DNA of 64,000 nt from Lingula anatina (lineage: Eukaryota > Animalia > Brachiopoda), in assembly GCA_051362555.1 (NCBI GenBank), contig CM120641.1:46134401-46198400 (forward strand), read 5' to 3'. The translations under genes were made by a program, and so were the position numbers. How positions within the stretch are numbered: the first letter of the stretch is position 1; every line of letters starts with the position of its first letter. The notes under the pieces are model-generated. The model did not search any database. It saw only the letters and a program-made list of their open reading frames with translations, and was not told the origin of the DNA. Shown here one piece after another: positions 1-17,235 of the stretch.

Positions 1-2789
1 TTTCTCCATTGTAGATGTTGATGTTTCCCAGTGCTATTTGATAAGCTCGCCCATTACAGAAGTAGCTGATTATGAGTTAAATACAACAAGAATGATGTTT
101 TTTTTTCTGATATTTATGAAAAATATTCCGACCCTTCCACGCTCAATTCCCTCTCTTCACTAAAATTTATCAAAATTTTGATTTGAATTAGCTGAAATAT
201 AAAGCACACTATATAATTTCATCAAATAACAATAATGAAAACCAACAGAGGAATAAGAGAACAGGAGAGTTCATTTACGCCCTTATATCACCAACAAGTT
301 TGAAGAGTCAAGGATACGCTCCAGCATACTCCAAATCCTTGGGGTTCATTCCATCAGGGAAGGGGTTAAGGGGGACCAGACGTCTCTGCAATGGGTCAAA
401 TACCACCTGGTATAAGAATGTATTTTCTGCCTGTGTAAAACCATCTATATATTCCTGGGGCACCTCTGGGGCATTCTTCAGGTAGGTGGACAGCTTCCTT
501 AACACCTGAAGGTAAGCAATATATAAATGTGATATTATATTCTTAAAGACTGTATAAAAATAAAAATATTCATATTTAGCAACTTAGATTTGGGTTGTAG
601 AGGGTAAATGTTGGTGACTTTTTATGACCTTATGTCCTCTTTATGCATGTTACATCTGGGCAAAGGTTTCTCATAGCACAATGAATCATTTTGAAATAAA
701 AAAAAATTATTGTTCATTATGCATACTAGAGAATAATTTATAAAAAGGATATGAAATGCAAACTATAATGTACTCTGTCTTTATAAAATACCTTTGTCAT
801 ATCTGGATTTTTTGCCTTTTTAATGATCTTGGCAGCATTTCCGAGTCCAATCCCTCGCAAGCTTGGCAAGTAATCGCAGCCAGAGAGAATGCACATGTGG
901 CGAAACTTTTCAAAAGAGCAGAAGGAGTTTTTCAGACTTGCTGCCTCACCCAGGCGTTCCTTCTCAATCATGATTCCATTGCCATTGACATCAAGTTTGT
1001 ACAACACCTGCAAGACAATGTTGATGTTAGTGTCTATGTATTACCTATTTCCGCATGCAGTAACTTAATGACAATAAAGCAAATGCATCCAAAGTGTAAA
1101 AGTTACTTTGATAGCTGCACTAAAGGCTCCCATACCCTTTCACATCCAAACAGCAGGAGATCTGAGTCCTCTGTGATGATAATCTGGGCAACTCCTATCT
1201 TGTTTAGGTAGGCAAGCTGAGAGTCCGCTTCATAGGGGGCTACAATACAGTCAACACCCTTCTCACGGCATGCCTGAAGAAAATATTTGGTACATTCTTT
1301 AAGACTTAAGATTTAATTTTGCATCAAAACATTCAGGGGTTCATGGTTAATTTTCATAAAAAATTACTTCCCATTTCTATCACATCTGACTTATTAATGA
1401 CCACCATTAATTTTTTCAGTTGGGAGCCAAAGATATGCTGAGTTTAAAACTTCAACATGAGATTTTTTCTTGTCAAGAACTGTAGATACCTTCATGAGTT
1501 CCAGCGCCATCTGTGGGGTGATATCAATACAACGCTCTAGACACTGCCTTGCTTCACTCTTTTTACCTTCTCGTAGAAATTGGGCAGCTTTCTTCCTGTA
1601 GGCATCTCTTCTCCTGAAAGTTGAAAATATTGTTTAAATGTTTAATATCTATTGTGAAGGCAATAACTTGTTTTTGACATAATGAGGACTTTTGATTATT
1701 TTGAAAGAAAATAGTGTGTTGACTGAATAAAATCATTATCATTCATTATTATTGTTTATAAATAAAAAATGTTCAAGGAAATGAAATTCAAACATAAATC
1801 AAAATAGAAATGGTTATCATAATGGACAGGCCTTAATATTTGTTGCACTTTTAGTTATCTTGAAAACTAGGGGTTTTTACTTGTTTCTACATTCATATCT
1901 ATATCCAACCTCATTAATATGATACAAATTTATGAAAACCAAAAAATCCAGTGACTTTACATTAAACCAGTTTCATTCCATCTTTTTGGACTCACTGGGC
2001 AATTTCTAGTACAATTTTTTCTAGCCTCTACCTCTACTAAAACTACAGATGAAAAACTGAAATTTCAAAACCAAATCAATTGGCGATGATAATAATAATA
2101 ATGATAATTAACAACAGCAAATAACAAACATCACAAATACGAAAAGTATATGTCTATTATCTATCACAGTGAAGAGAGCCTAAGAAATACAGACAAAAAT
2201 GGCCAGTAATGCCATTTTTATCATTTCTCATACTGCCAACACATGGTTAAAAATAAAAGGTAATCTTTACTCTCTTCTTGTCCTCTCCACTTCTTTCTTT
2301 GAAGGCAGGTGACACCCATCGAATACCAATACAGGTTTAATATCCCAGGATAGCATGGCATTCACAAACTTCATACAGTAGTACACATACCTGAAATGAT
2401 AATGTAGAAAGTTATAGCATGAAATACATACATTTAATTTGGCCTACAGATATTTCCCAGTGAATGAAAGTCACATTTTATTTTAATGAGTAAAGATTAA
2501 GGTATCACACCACAGTGTATATCTGAATTATAAGCCAGTAATGGCAGTATTTGTTTTTTGAAAGCCAGCGGGGGCTAGGATTATCGAAAATTGCACTAAA
2601 GTCTGACTATATAGACTACGCGACTTACTGATCTGTCTTTTCTCCCACAGCCAGTTTTTCTGCACAAGCGAAAGCCCCCTTGTGTAGCCAACAATATGCG
2701 TCCACTGCCACTGTGCAGCCCTTGTAATCCTTCAGGTTGACTTCTCTCTGGACATCCCTTAGGAAGGGCAGAAGGCCTTGGATACCCAT
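1..2789 (-). CDS. EXO1: Exonuclease 1 (XPG/RAD2 family), 5' part; the gene continues beyond the window start. Coding exons approx. 2629-2789, 2270-2391, 1490-1614, 1136-1273, 792-1007, 318-505, <1-65
   Basis: Exons translate to [10 protein letters not shown]...[49 protein letters not shown]...[56 protein letters not shown] and YQIALGNIN, which match EXO1 XPG-N/XPG-I/H3TH motifs. Splice signals flank the exons. Confidence 0.97.
66..317 (-). other. U12-type (minor spliceosome) GT-AG intron in EXO1
   Basis: Donor reads GTATCCTT on the minus strand (310-317). Branch-like TATTTAAC lies ~11 nt before the CAG acceptor with no polypyrimidine tract. Splicing restores the frame [18 protein letters not shown]. 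Confidence 0.85.
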
Positions 2790-3035
2790 GTTAATTGCCC
2801 AGTTCTCTGCTTCACAATCTGTGTGTCCTATTTATCTTAGCACTATCCTTTTTTACCGAAGTTGGCAAGGTTTGCAGGAGTAGATCAATGTTTATACTGT
2901 ATTTCCAATTATAATATATTGAGGTCTATATTTGTGGCGTTTTTTGCAATTCTACGATAAATATCCTTTAATGTCACATCAAAAATACATACTTCTGTAA
3001 TTAGTTAAATAACAGAGAATCAGCAAGTCGTTACC

Positions 3036-3381
3036 TCTTGTCTTCTATCACCTTGCAGCGTTTCCATGTTGAAGCAATTATCTTTTCATTCGATCCCTCC
3101 TTCCATCTTTCGCGCGTCCACGGTGCATGCTGGGAGGTTTCGTTTACCTGCTTCAAAATATTTTGAACAAAGAGCAGTTGCGAAACAAAAATTATGCTCC
3201 TCAAACTCAAATATTACACAAAATGTATTTATTTTGTTTTTTTATGGAAAATTATCCAGACATTCCTTCAAAAAGTAATGAACTACGTTACTCTGAGATC
3301 GTGATGTGTCATGGTGGAAAGGGAAAGAATTTTTTGTTTTCGTGGCATTGCTAGACGAATTTTGTAATTGTATTTAAAACC
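3036..3381. promoter_or_regulatory. Probable bidirectional promoter between EXO1 and YIPF4, with an E2F site and CHR-like motifs
   Basis: Genes are head-to-head. A minus-strand donor near 3035 suggests a non-coding first exon of EXO1. TTTCGCGC at 3108-3115; TTCAAA and TTTGAA at 3152-3167. Confidence 0.55.
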
Positions 3382-7302
<3,921 letters not shown>

Positions 7303-8462
7303 GATGAACTACAACATTTCAGCCGACTTGTGTTCAATCTCAGCAGTCACACCAGATATAGCTACAGACCATCATGTTAGTTCCTCTTGGTAAAGTTGAA
7401 GTGTACATGGATCTACTTCCAAGTAACCATAACTTGGCCTATAGATCCTTGTCACCAGCTGTATACAGGGAGAATGTCTGGCAACAAGGTTTTCAACCCC
7501 TGTTGAGCATGGCAAAATGCCGACATAAGATGGAAAAGTGCCATGTACATGTTGACTTCAATTGGAATCGTGGGGACAGTACATGCAACCTCTACTCTCT
7601 TTGCTCTCCAAAATACTTTGGCAGGCTATTCTCATGTGAGAATACATTGTAGAGTTAAATGTTTTTCCTGTACTCTATCTGTGATGGAAATGAGAAGTAA
7701 CTTAAGATCTGTAAATATCCTTGACATGTTAAGTCAAGTAATATTTTGTAAATTGTCTGGACCTTCGTCCCCTGTGAGAAATTTGGAGATGGCATGAAAT
7801 TTTGTAAATACATCAGACTATGTGATATGTACTATTATTAAAATATTCTAAATTACTAATTTAATAATGACACATTTGTTTTGAGTTTTATTTGTATATA
7901 TATTGGTCATGATCGTACATACATACATGCATACATACATCGCACATACAAAACTTTTTCCAGCAAAATCTGCTGTTTTGTGATTTCCTTCACAAATGAC
8001 ATTGCTGAAATCTTCAAAAAAATGAATGACTCCAATATGTTATTATTTTATATTTAACTTGTTCACAGTGCCTGGAATCACGTATGACATTGAGATTTCG
8101 TGGTTGAAGTTGGTTCAATACTTTTATGTAGAGAAGTGTAATATTGGATATACACTTCCAATCTCCACAGTCAAACAAATGAGACCTATTTACCACATGA
8201 TGGTATTCAAGGAATACCCCCTTGTTCCTGTGCCACAATACAATTTTGTTTTCTGGTTGGTAATCCATAATGAACATGGTATTAAATGCATTAAAGCTTA
8301 AAATCAGTTTATTCTGCTGGATCTTCAACATGACAAGCTGTTCTGGACATCAAATTGAAGAACACCAACCAGAAATCTCCATTCTGCACTTTTTAAAACT
8401 AACAGGGGCATTCTGTAGCCTGCTGTCATGTAAATCAATTTTTTTTCAATCATGAACACCAG

Positions 8463-11400
8463 TCATGGTAAGGAAGCCATTAAAGTTTCAATTTTACTAA
8501 CAAAGTTCCTTCCTTCCACTTTCTGATAGTTGATGCTCTGGAATTCTCCCCCTAGGCAATTCCATTTGGGGTCTGTCACAATGTTTTTGCTGTTGTTCTC
8601 CTCCCCTCTCCTAGGGCAATGCTGTACATACACCATGGATCCCGTGGTTGGGCCAGTTTTTATAGACAGCACTCTGAATGGAAAAAATATACTCATTAAT
8701 GTACTGCAACTTGGGGTCACTGGATTCCAAGTTTCTGAATACCACGTGAAATTGAACATTCACTCACAGAAGTGAGAAATTTAAAAAAAAAATAGACTAA
8801 GTGAAAATCTGAACAAATATTTATAATGAAGTAACCTTTACATAATGCTGGAAAAATGTACAGATGGAAATAACACTTTTCCTCATACAATGCTCTTGGC
8901 CCTACTTAAGGCGTTCAGGTGTAGGTGATCATATTGCACAAGGAAGACAAAATATGTAGCCTTTCACCCAGACCATACCCCCCTGACCCTGACCTTGAAC
9001 TCACCTTTGACCTGAGGGGGATGCCATCATAATACTAGAGTAGCTCCCCAGGGGCTCCATGTTCCCCAGCCCTAGGTGCAGACTGCTGGAGAGCACCTGC
9101 CAGCCTAATAACTTACACAGGTGCTGAGCCATTGTCACCTGGTGCTGGTACATCTGATGGCAAATATGAATGTGATTATTGTATACTTGCTGATATTCTG
9201 TAAAACATTCTTAGCAAATCAATTCACAGAGAAAAATCATTATTATTGGCAGAGTAATAAACAGATTAACAGTAGAAGAAAATCTCACAAAATTACCCAG
9301 TTGTGAAGCTTATTGGAGCAAAAATAAATATTTGCTGAGGAGTTAAACAGTATTTCAATCATTTGCTTGCAAATTTAACAACTGTTATGAAAAAGTCTTG
9401 ATAATTGCTTTATCAATTAGCTTCTTCTGTGTGTATACCTCATTCACAAATTTCAAAATAACAAGGTAAAACAAGACACAAAGATGCTTTATTTTAACTC
9501 TATTCTTGTTATTCGTTTTTGAATTTATTTCATTATGTGTGTGTTAATCTGAAGAATAACAGTTTATGCAACAATTTAAATGGCAAACATCACAGACCTG
9601 AGAAAGCACTAAGTCTCGTAACTCTCCCTGTTCATATGACAGTGTGATTATGCGTCCATCCCTACACTCTGCTTTTATTGACTCCATTCCAACTGTCAGA
9701 TAGAAGGAAGTCCTGGGGGGAAAACAATAAAAATTTATCACATAAAGTGATCAGATTTCCATGCTACCAGAAGTTTGTGTAGTTGTTGGTACTGTTGACA
9801 TTATAACATTATCATATAGTGAAAATAATCCTCTTTTGTGAATGATTTACTACTGTAGTTTTTTTTTTTCTTTTTTTTTTAAATATATTTCAGCTTTTAC
9901 CAATAAAATAATTGTTGGCCCTTATCAAGTGTAAATTACTGCTTCAGTGATTTTTATTACTATGTGAATCAGCTATAAATTTGCTAGCCATGCTTGTTTA
10001 TGACTTTCGTCTTTTACCTTCAACAAGCCATACCTTGAGGGAATGGCAAATAACTGTTCATATTGCATTGTAATTCTTCAATATGTATTACACTCTTGTT
10101 GGGTCATTGTAAATGTGCTGACATCAAATTAAACGAACAAAATAAAACAAATATATGAAGCTATACATGCAGAAAATAATATTTACTGTACCTGATACTC
10201 TCATACCCCAGTGAAGTGATGTCCACTCTACATGAGGCCTGTGTAGCTGTACTGGTGGTGTTCCAGTGAGCCATCAACTGTGGGTCCTGAAGAGTTCTGG
10301 TCAAATGGTCAATCAGCTGCATAGTTCTTTGGGAAAAAAATCATAGGTTTGTCTTTATGTGGGTTCTATACAATTTTCACCAATGGAGTATCAAAATGTT
10401 TTTCTTTTGGAAAAAAGAGATTGAGAGATGATTATGTTGGTTTCATCCAGATCTAATCAAATTGCTGGTTGAATTATATATATTGAATCAAAATGAAAAA
10501 AAAACTCAATTTTATGAGGCCTGTGCCTTTTTCATTTTTTTGTTATAACATGTGCTTTGGTTACACAGCCATGAGGTAGACATAAAAACAACAAAATAAA
10601 AACAAGCACTCACTTGGACCTTAGTATCATGTGTTTGGCCTGGTTTATAATCTGGTCCAGCAGAGATTCACTGTTAAAGGAAGAAATAAATAAATGAATA
10701 ACAGGGTGAGTCACCAATTCATAACAAAATGCACATTTAATAGGAGAACTGTTACCCAGATTTCAGTAGGGCTAAAATGGCATATGTTACATCAATCCAT
10801 GTGCTCAATTTTTATGGGTTCCTTTTTGGCCCACTGAGGAATAAAGGTTGATAATCAAACAAGGCTGCCTCTAACTTGTACAAAACTAAGAGCAAAAATT
10901 GCCTCACTCCAGAACAGTACTTCAAACTGAATTTTTCACATGATAATATATAGAAACTAACATAAATTTCCTACATGCTAGTTCAAGTTTCTCTGGTTAC
11001 AGCTTCACACACATTCAGTCTAGTCAGAATAATCACACTTAAAACTCAGGTTTATTTACATTTTTTTATATTTACCATAGCGCTTGAGTGTGACCACTTC
11101 AACTACAAACAAACAGTATGATTATTAAAACTACAAACACCTCATACCTTTCCATCATGTCAGATAACTCCTGTTTGCTGAAGGCTTGTGGTCCAGCCAG
11201 CCGCCGCCTCTTGCTGACCCCCAGGGAGGCAGTGACGGGGTGGGGCATGGGGTGGTGGATGTTCTTATGGTGCATCTCCCTCAGTAACTGGTGCAGAGAG
11301 TGCTCCAACACCTGGTTGTGGACCTGTTTGTGATGGAGACCTGGGGTCTGGAAAATTTTGGCAGATATATGGCATTTATTTTATATGGTGCTGAGAATAA

Positions 11401-14400
11401 CTGGTACAACAGTTCTTCAAAATATGCAGTTGTTTGTGATATCTGTTTTGATGGCACAGATAATAATTTTAAGATCTAAGACTATGTAAATTTTCATTTT
11501 TGTTACATTTGGGAATTCATTTTCACATTGGGATTTCACAAAAAAGAAAAAGTTAACCTATATATAGTCAAATTTGTAACAGAGATTATTTTTATTTTTT
11601 TTGGGGGGAGGGGTGTGAAATGGCCTTCTCGAAGACAAGATCACCATTATATGTACTCAAATTTGAAGAAAATTTTATGAAATAAACATTTTTTATGAAT
11701 ATCTTTCTTTGTGACAAAAAAGTGGTAGTTTCTTGAAAATGAAGAAAATATCAAGATCATTCTATTTACCCTTTTCTCCCTTCCTGTAATGTGACTCAAT
11801 GTCACAGTCAGTTGAATGCCTGGGAAAAGCTTAAATAAAAATAAGAATTATTATAAATTATAAATAAAATTATTATATTTGCCACTTCAGTTGTGAGACA
11901 TGGAAAAAACAATCTCTAGACCAACAATTAATTTAATGTTTAATTTCTGTTTCAATGAAAATGACAATGTTATAGCAAAATGTTACAGTGTACTCACTGC
12001 CAGCAAGATTTGGTTGTCTACTAGTCTATTAATTATCTGGGACTGTTTTCCGATATATTTTGAAAATAAATTGTATTCTTAGATAACACTTAATTATCTA
12101 TCCATAGAGCATGTCATACTTACAGGCACTATGATTTGGTTGCCTACTACAATGTTTGGTATCTTGGACTGGGACTGCACTGCTTCTCTTGCCAGCTACG
12201 TCAAAATAGAAAGCAATATTGAAAGCAATGTTTAAGGGTTTAAAGTTTGCAACCTTGAAGTTTAAAGATCTTACACATATCAAGAACTTTTTTTACTGTC
12301 ACTCTATCAAATTTTATTTTATTTCCAATCATTTGTTTCATATATCTGTTCCTTACATACTAAAAAGATATCAACAACAAATAATAACAAAACATAACAT
12401 TATCAATCATAACAATAACAGATACATACATTATGAGAAGATAAATGTTGGCAACCTTGTACAGCTTACCTGTGCAAACAATTCTTTACAAAATATCACA
12501 TTTTGTGCTGCTTCCAATTTTCTCTGCCAGGGGGCATCCTCGGGTATACCTGCTGAACTGGAGGGCATAGTCACATTGGCACTCATAAAGTCTGCAGAAT
12601 CTGAAATAAAGATAATATTTTAAAGCATAATTATTTGTACTATACTCTGCATCGTATCATGGGGTATGATTATTGAAGCTTTCTGCAACATAAGCCACTG
12701 GCAATTAACTTGTAGATAGGGCATTGGGTATTTCAAAGTTACTAGTCGGATCAGACAATTGGAAAATTTAATGACCATTTTAGATTTTCCATAATTTCTG
12801 ATTTTCTTCTACTGACTAGTAAATTTTGATTCAGACACAATTTAGGGCACAAGACAAATATAATCAGCAGCATTAGAAATGTGGATTACTAATGTTATAT
12901 TGCTAACTCATCTGTACTAAACTGTGTATCAGCTGTACCAGAGAACTTTGCGGCAAAGGTTATGAAGTCAGGAAATTTTATATAAAATATATACCAAAAA
13001 TATATGAAGTCAACGAAAGCTGAAATTTGTGTTAAAGTCTTCCAGCAAAAAATATATATGATTCAACATTACATGGTTGATCTAACATTAAAATAAATCA
13101 ATATAACTGAATTTCTAGATGACAGATAGCCTATCCTGGTTAACCTACATACCAGCTGCTCTCTTCAGCGCCACCTGTATGTAGGCCACACCATCCAGTT
13201 CACTGGGCACCACTACTCTGAGGGGGCTCCTGGGGAGCTGAGCCTTACTGGGGGGTGCTGGAGGGGGGTCTTCGTCCAGGTCACTTTTGATCACCTCAAA
13301 TGTCCCACTCTGCCAAAACCTGGAACCAGCTAGAAAGAAGGAAGCCCACATATGATTCATAATTTAAAATTCAAAAGTGATATGGTAAAAAAATCCTGGA
13401 ACCAGCTAGAAAGAAGGAAGCCCATTTATGATTCATAATTTAAAATTCAAAAGTGATATGGTAAAAAATAAGTATTCAAATCATGTTATACCAAAGCAGT
13501 TTTGTTCCACTGTTAGATGAATGGTAGTCTGCAAGGAACCATACTAACCTCAATACACACCACAAATGGACCATCAGTTCATTTTATTCTTTTCTCATTT
13601 AACAAAGCATGCTTAAATATGAAAAAAAAACTCAACAAAAGCTTTTATTCTGCTGATGATGCAAAATATATTTTAAACAGTACTTCTACTTCTTAACCTA
13701 TAAATAGCAAACTCTCTCTCTCTCCCTCTCTCTCAGTGTATTCAGCATCTCACCAGACTTGTAGCTAAGATCCCCCAGTATGGTGTTCCCCACTTTCTTC
13801 AGCCTCCAGTGCTGTCTCAATTTTCTCAGCTCAGTGTGGAAATCAGGCTGACCTCGGTTTTGGTTCTTTTCTTGTTGAGATTTCCTTAACCTTTCAGCTC
13901 CTTCCAGTAAGATGCTGGCAGCCTCTTGTAAACCCTATACAGTGATAGAATGGGAAAATTAATAAAAGAAATCATCTTATTCAATCAAAAGTGTATTACC
14001 TGGTATTCAGACCAATGTCATTAAAAAGTATTTCAAAACATCTGTGGAAAAATTCACAACACAATTAATAACACACCTCTTAGAAGTTCCACGCAATCTA
14101 CACGAGATATAGGAAAATGCAAGTATTAAAACTAAAACTTTAAACACCAGATCTACAACCACTGCATCATATGTATATTTAAGAAAGATACCTTTTATCA
14201 TATCATACCTTTTTCTTAGCCATGAGTAGCATTGCTGGCCTCTGTTCAGGAGGCTCTTGTTGTACAGGGTCTAGCACCATGTATCTTCTCTCCTTGGCTA
14301 TGTTTAATACATCGAGTAACACACTCATCTCTGTCAGGGAATTCCTGTGATAAACATAATACACCTAAATAGTAGTCTTTGCTTGAAAATTTTAAATGGT

Positions 14401-15434
14401 TTCACAGACATATGTATCCTGAGACCAAGTCAAGTATCACAAATTCATGTCAAGTTCACTGATACTAATAACAGGAAGTACTTCAAAATAATGAAATAAA
14501 AATTATTAAAATTATAAAATTAATCACACAATACATAACCAACTACAAACTACATGTAATTTAGTATCTCATATTATTTAGTCCTTACTTTTGAAAGCAA
14601 CTATAATATCTGATATGAAATCAGACAGTGTTTTCACCCCCACTCAGGGGCGGATTTTGGCCGTCTTCTGGGTCTTCCGGAAGACTGTCAGATTTTTAAG
14701 TTTACATTTACAGGTATCTATTTTTTCTGTCAGAAGACAGTCAAAAAGGATGGATGGTAACAAAGATAATTTGGAAGACTGTAAGAAAATATCTCTGAAT
14801 CTGCCCCTGTCCACTGACTTACTTGAGTTTAGTCCTGACTGAGTCCCAAGGCCACAGTGAAGGCTGGAACTTAGCCAGGGCTTTCTCTTCCTCTGTGATT
14901 TCTGTCTCTCCCTCTGAGGTGGGTTTCCCTTTCTCTTCACTTTCATCTTTGGAGAAGTCAATCTTATGTGCCAACTTGGTCAGGTTTTCTGACATAGAAA
15001 GTGGCCTGGAAGGAGTAATGAAGCAGGAAATTTTGACTGAGCAAACATTTTTTTTTCAAAAAGAGAGTCGTATGATCACAATGCTGATAGTTGGTTACAT
15101 ACATTCAAATATTTAAAATATATATCGCCATGGCAACAATGATAAAGCATATTATCTTGATTGCTTGCGTTGAAAAATCAATTACATCTTCCACTATTGA
15201 CTAAAAGAAAAATTCTAGTAGTGTTACTCTTGAAACAGCCCGAAAACTTTGGAAACGGAAATTGGAACTTGCACCCTGAGCACTCCTATTTTACGTTTTT
15301 TAATGTGCAGATCCACTATATAAACCATTTGGCAAACATTTTACTTACTGGACGTAAAATTCTGTGCCATCCAGTCCAATTTCTTGGATCTGATTTTCCG
15401 AAATTGTCTCTACGCTGACCGGCACACTATCCAT
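8463..15434 (-). CDS. MED17: Mediator subunit 17, multi-exon (first coding exon 15348-15434, last approx. 8463-8672)
   Basis: Exons give [42 protein letters not shown]...[81 protein letters not shown]...[32 protein letters not shown] and [17 protein letters not shown], colinear with metazoan MED17. Confidence 0.97.
13319..13469. repeat. 76-bp tandem duplication spanning a MED17 splice acceptor
   Basis: CCTGGAACCAGCTAGAAAGAAGGAAGCCCA...GTGATATGGTAAAAAA occurs at 13319 and 13395 with about 2-3 differences. Confidence 0.92.
14645..14809. mobile_element. MITE with CAGGGGCGGA TIRs (hAT-like), copy 1, in a MED17 intron
   Basis: Ends are CAGGGGCGGATT...AATCTGCCCCTG, flanked by CCCACT/TCCACT (imperfect 6-bp TSD). 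The body is colinear with 49037-49204. Confidence 0.8.
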
Positions 15435-16300
15435 AGTTTTGTTCATCCATGCATGAAATGGGTAAATACTGACATCCGTATAGAAAAAAATCAAGACAGT
15501 CCAAATCCTCAGCGCTGCAGTACAAAAACCTTGTTAAGATACGGTTACATGTCGATGAAAAAAATTGATTTATAGGTCAGACAAGAATTAAGATGAAAAA
15601 ATCTAATTTCAAATAAACAGGGGGGATTTTAATTTTTTTTCTATTTTTCTCTCTTCCCTCTAATTTCTATAGGCCTACTTTATTTTTTTTTTTCAAATAT
15701 TTTTTCTTGGTAGAAAAACATTATATACACATTCATCACATCATTAAGCTACGAATACGCTTTTCTGTTTATGATTAGACGCTGCCATGTTCTTGCTTTA
15801 TATAGTGTCGTGGAGATAGAGTCACTGCAGGTTAGATTGATCAATGATTTTACATTTCAATTTTTATCTGTTTTGGTTTTACTCTGATTTTTTTACTCTC
15901 ACTGAGTTCCAATATCAAAGTACATTGGGAACTAATCTGACATTTGTGTGTAGCAGATAGCAGATAGCGCATTTTCAAGTCATTTTGATGCACACTAAAA
16001 TTGACCGAAGCGGGGCAAAATAGGACGAGGAATGCCAAGATATGTAGTTACTCGGTTCACATATTATTAGTATTGTGAATGAGAGATACCAAACGCCTAG
16101 GTTAGCATTGTATTCAGCGTTGATTTTGCGCTCAGGTTACTCTGAAGTTCATTGCAACTTTACTTCGAAGGATCACGGGATAGAATAACAAGAGGGGCGT
16201 TAAAATGTTTCGAAAAGAAACCAATTTTATACAGACAAAGTATTTTATTACAAAAGCAACATGTATTTACATGTCAATGATAAAAGTATGGTTAAAATAA

Positions 16301-16948
16301 TCACAAGCTCAAGTTAGAATGGCGGAATGCGGCGTTCCTTTGGTCTGCCAATGACGTAAAGCCTGGAATTTGTTTCACTTCGGTGTCCAAACTCTCAAAA
16401 CTGTGCCACGGCGCCTCTCCAGTGGCCCTCGGTGTCGGATCTGCCGATTTCTCTGAAACTTGCCAATCGGTAGGCTGCCGTTGATAATGGCAATGAATCA
16501 CACAGTTGTTTAATTGTTCTTTTTCCTGAAGTTGTTTGTTGCTGCGATGGTGGTGACGATGGTGGATATTGCGTTGTTGCTGCTGTTGTTGTTGTTGTAA
16601 TTTCGGTTGCTGCTGCTGATGACAGTTAATATGATTACCCAGTGGCTCCAGCGAAGGGGGAGAGATACTTTTCTGTTCTGGGAAATAACATTTGTTTTCA
16701 TGAACCGAATCAGATTCTGCTGGCCTCTCGATTTTTTTCTCATTTTGTCGTCTTCTTCGGTGAATCTGAAATAAGAAGTCGATGTTGCCCCTATCTAGCA
16801 TGGTAGAACATTAGGTCAAAAACATGTTACTGAACGTAAGAATAATAGACAAAGGGTGTTTGAAAAAATTATATCCTTATCTCTTAATCTCTCGAGAATT
16901 TCGTGTACTGTAACACCTATCTTAAGAAATCAAATAATAATAATAATA

Positions 16949-16992
<44 letters not shown>

Positions 16993-17197
16993 GAGAGAAC
17001 CTATTTTCATGTCATGAAGATGTTGGACAAATTCTCTTGAACACTCACCGTAACAACCAAACAAACGAAGAGGATAACACAGCACAGAGCTGTGGCGATA
17101 AAAACACTAGCGGCAGCAGCAAAGCCCGGAGTACTAAGGCAGAATCCGGTCTGACCTGCAATGTCAAAAAATATTTGGACACTGTGGGTTTTGTGTG

Positions 17198-17235
<38 letters not shown>

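Noticed and set aside
756-1211. Longer antisense or alternative-frame ORFs over real exons (e.g. 756-1211, 19041-19436, 34297-34740, 54007-54192)
   Set aside because: Shadow ORFs with no recognisable motifs that cross exon-intron boundaries.
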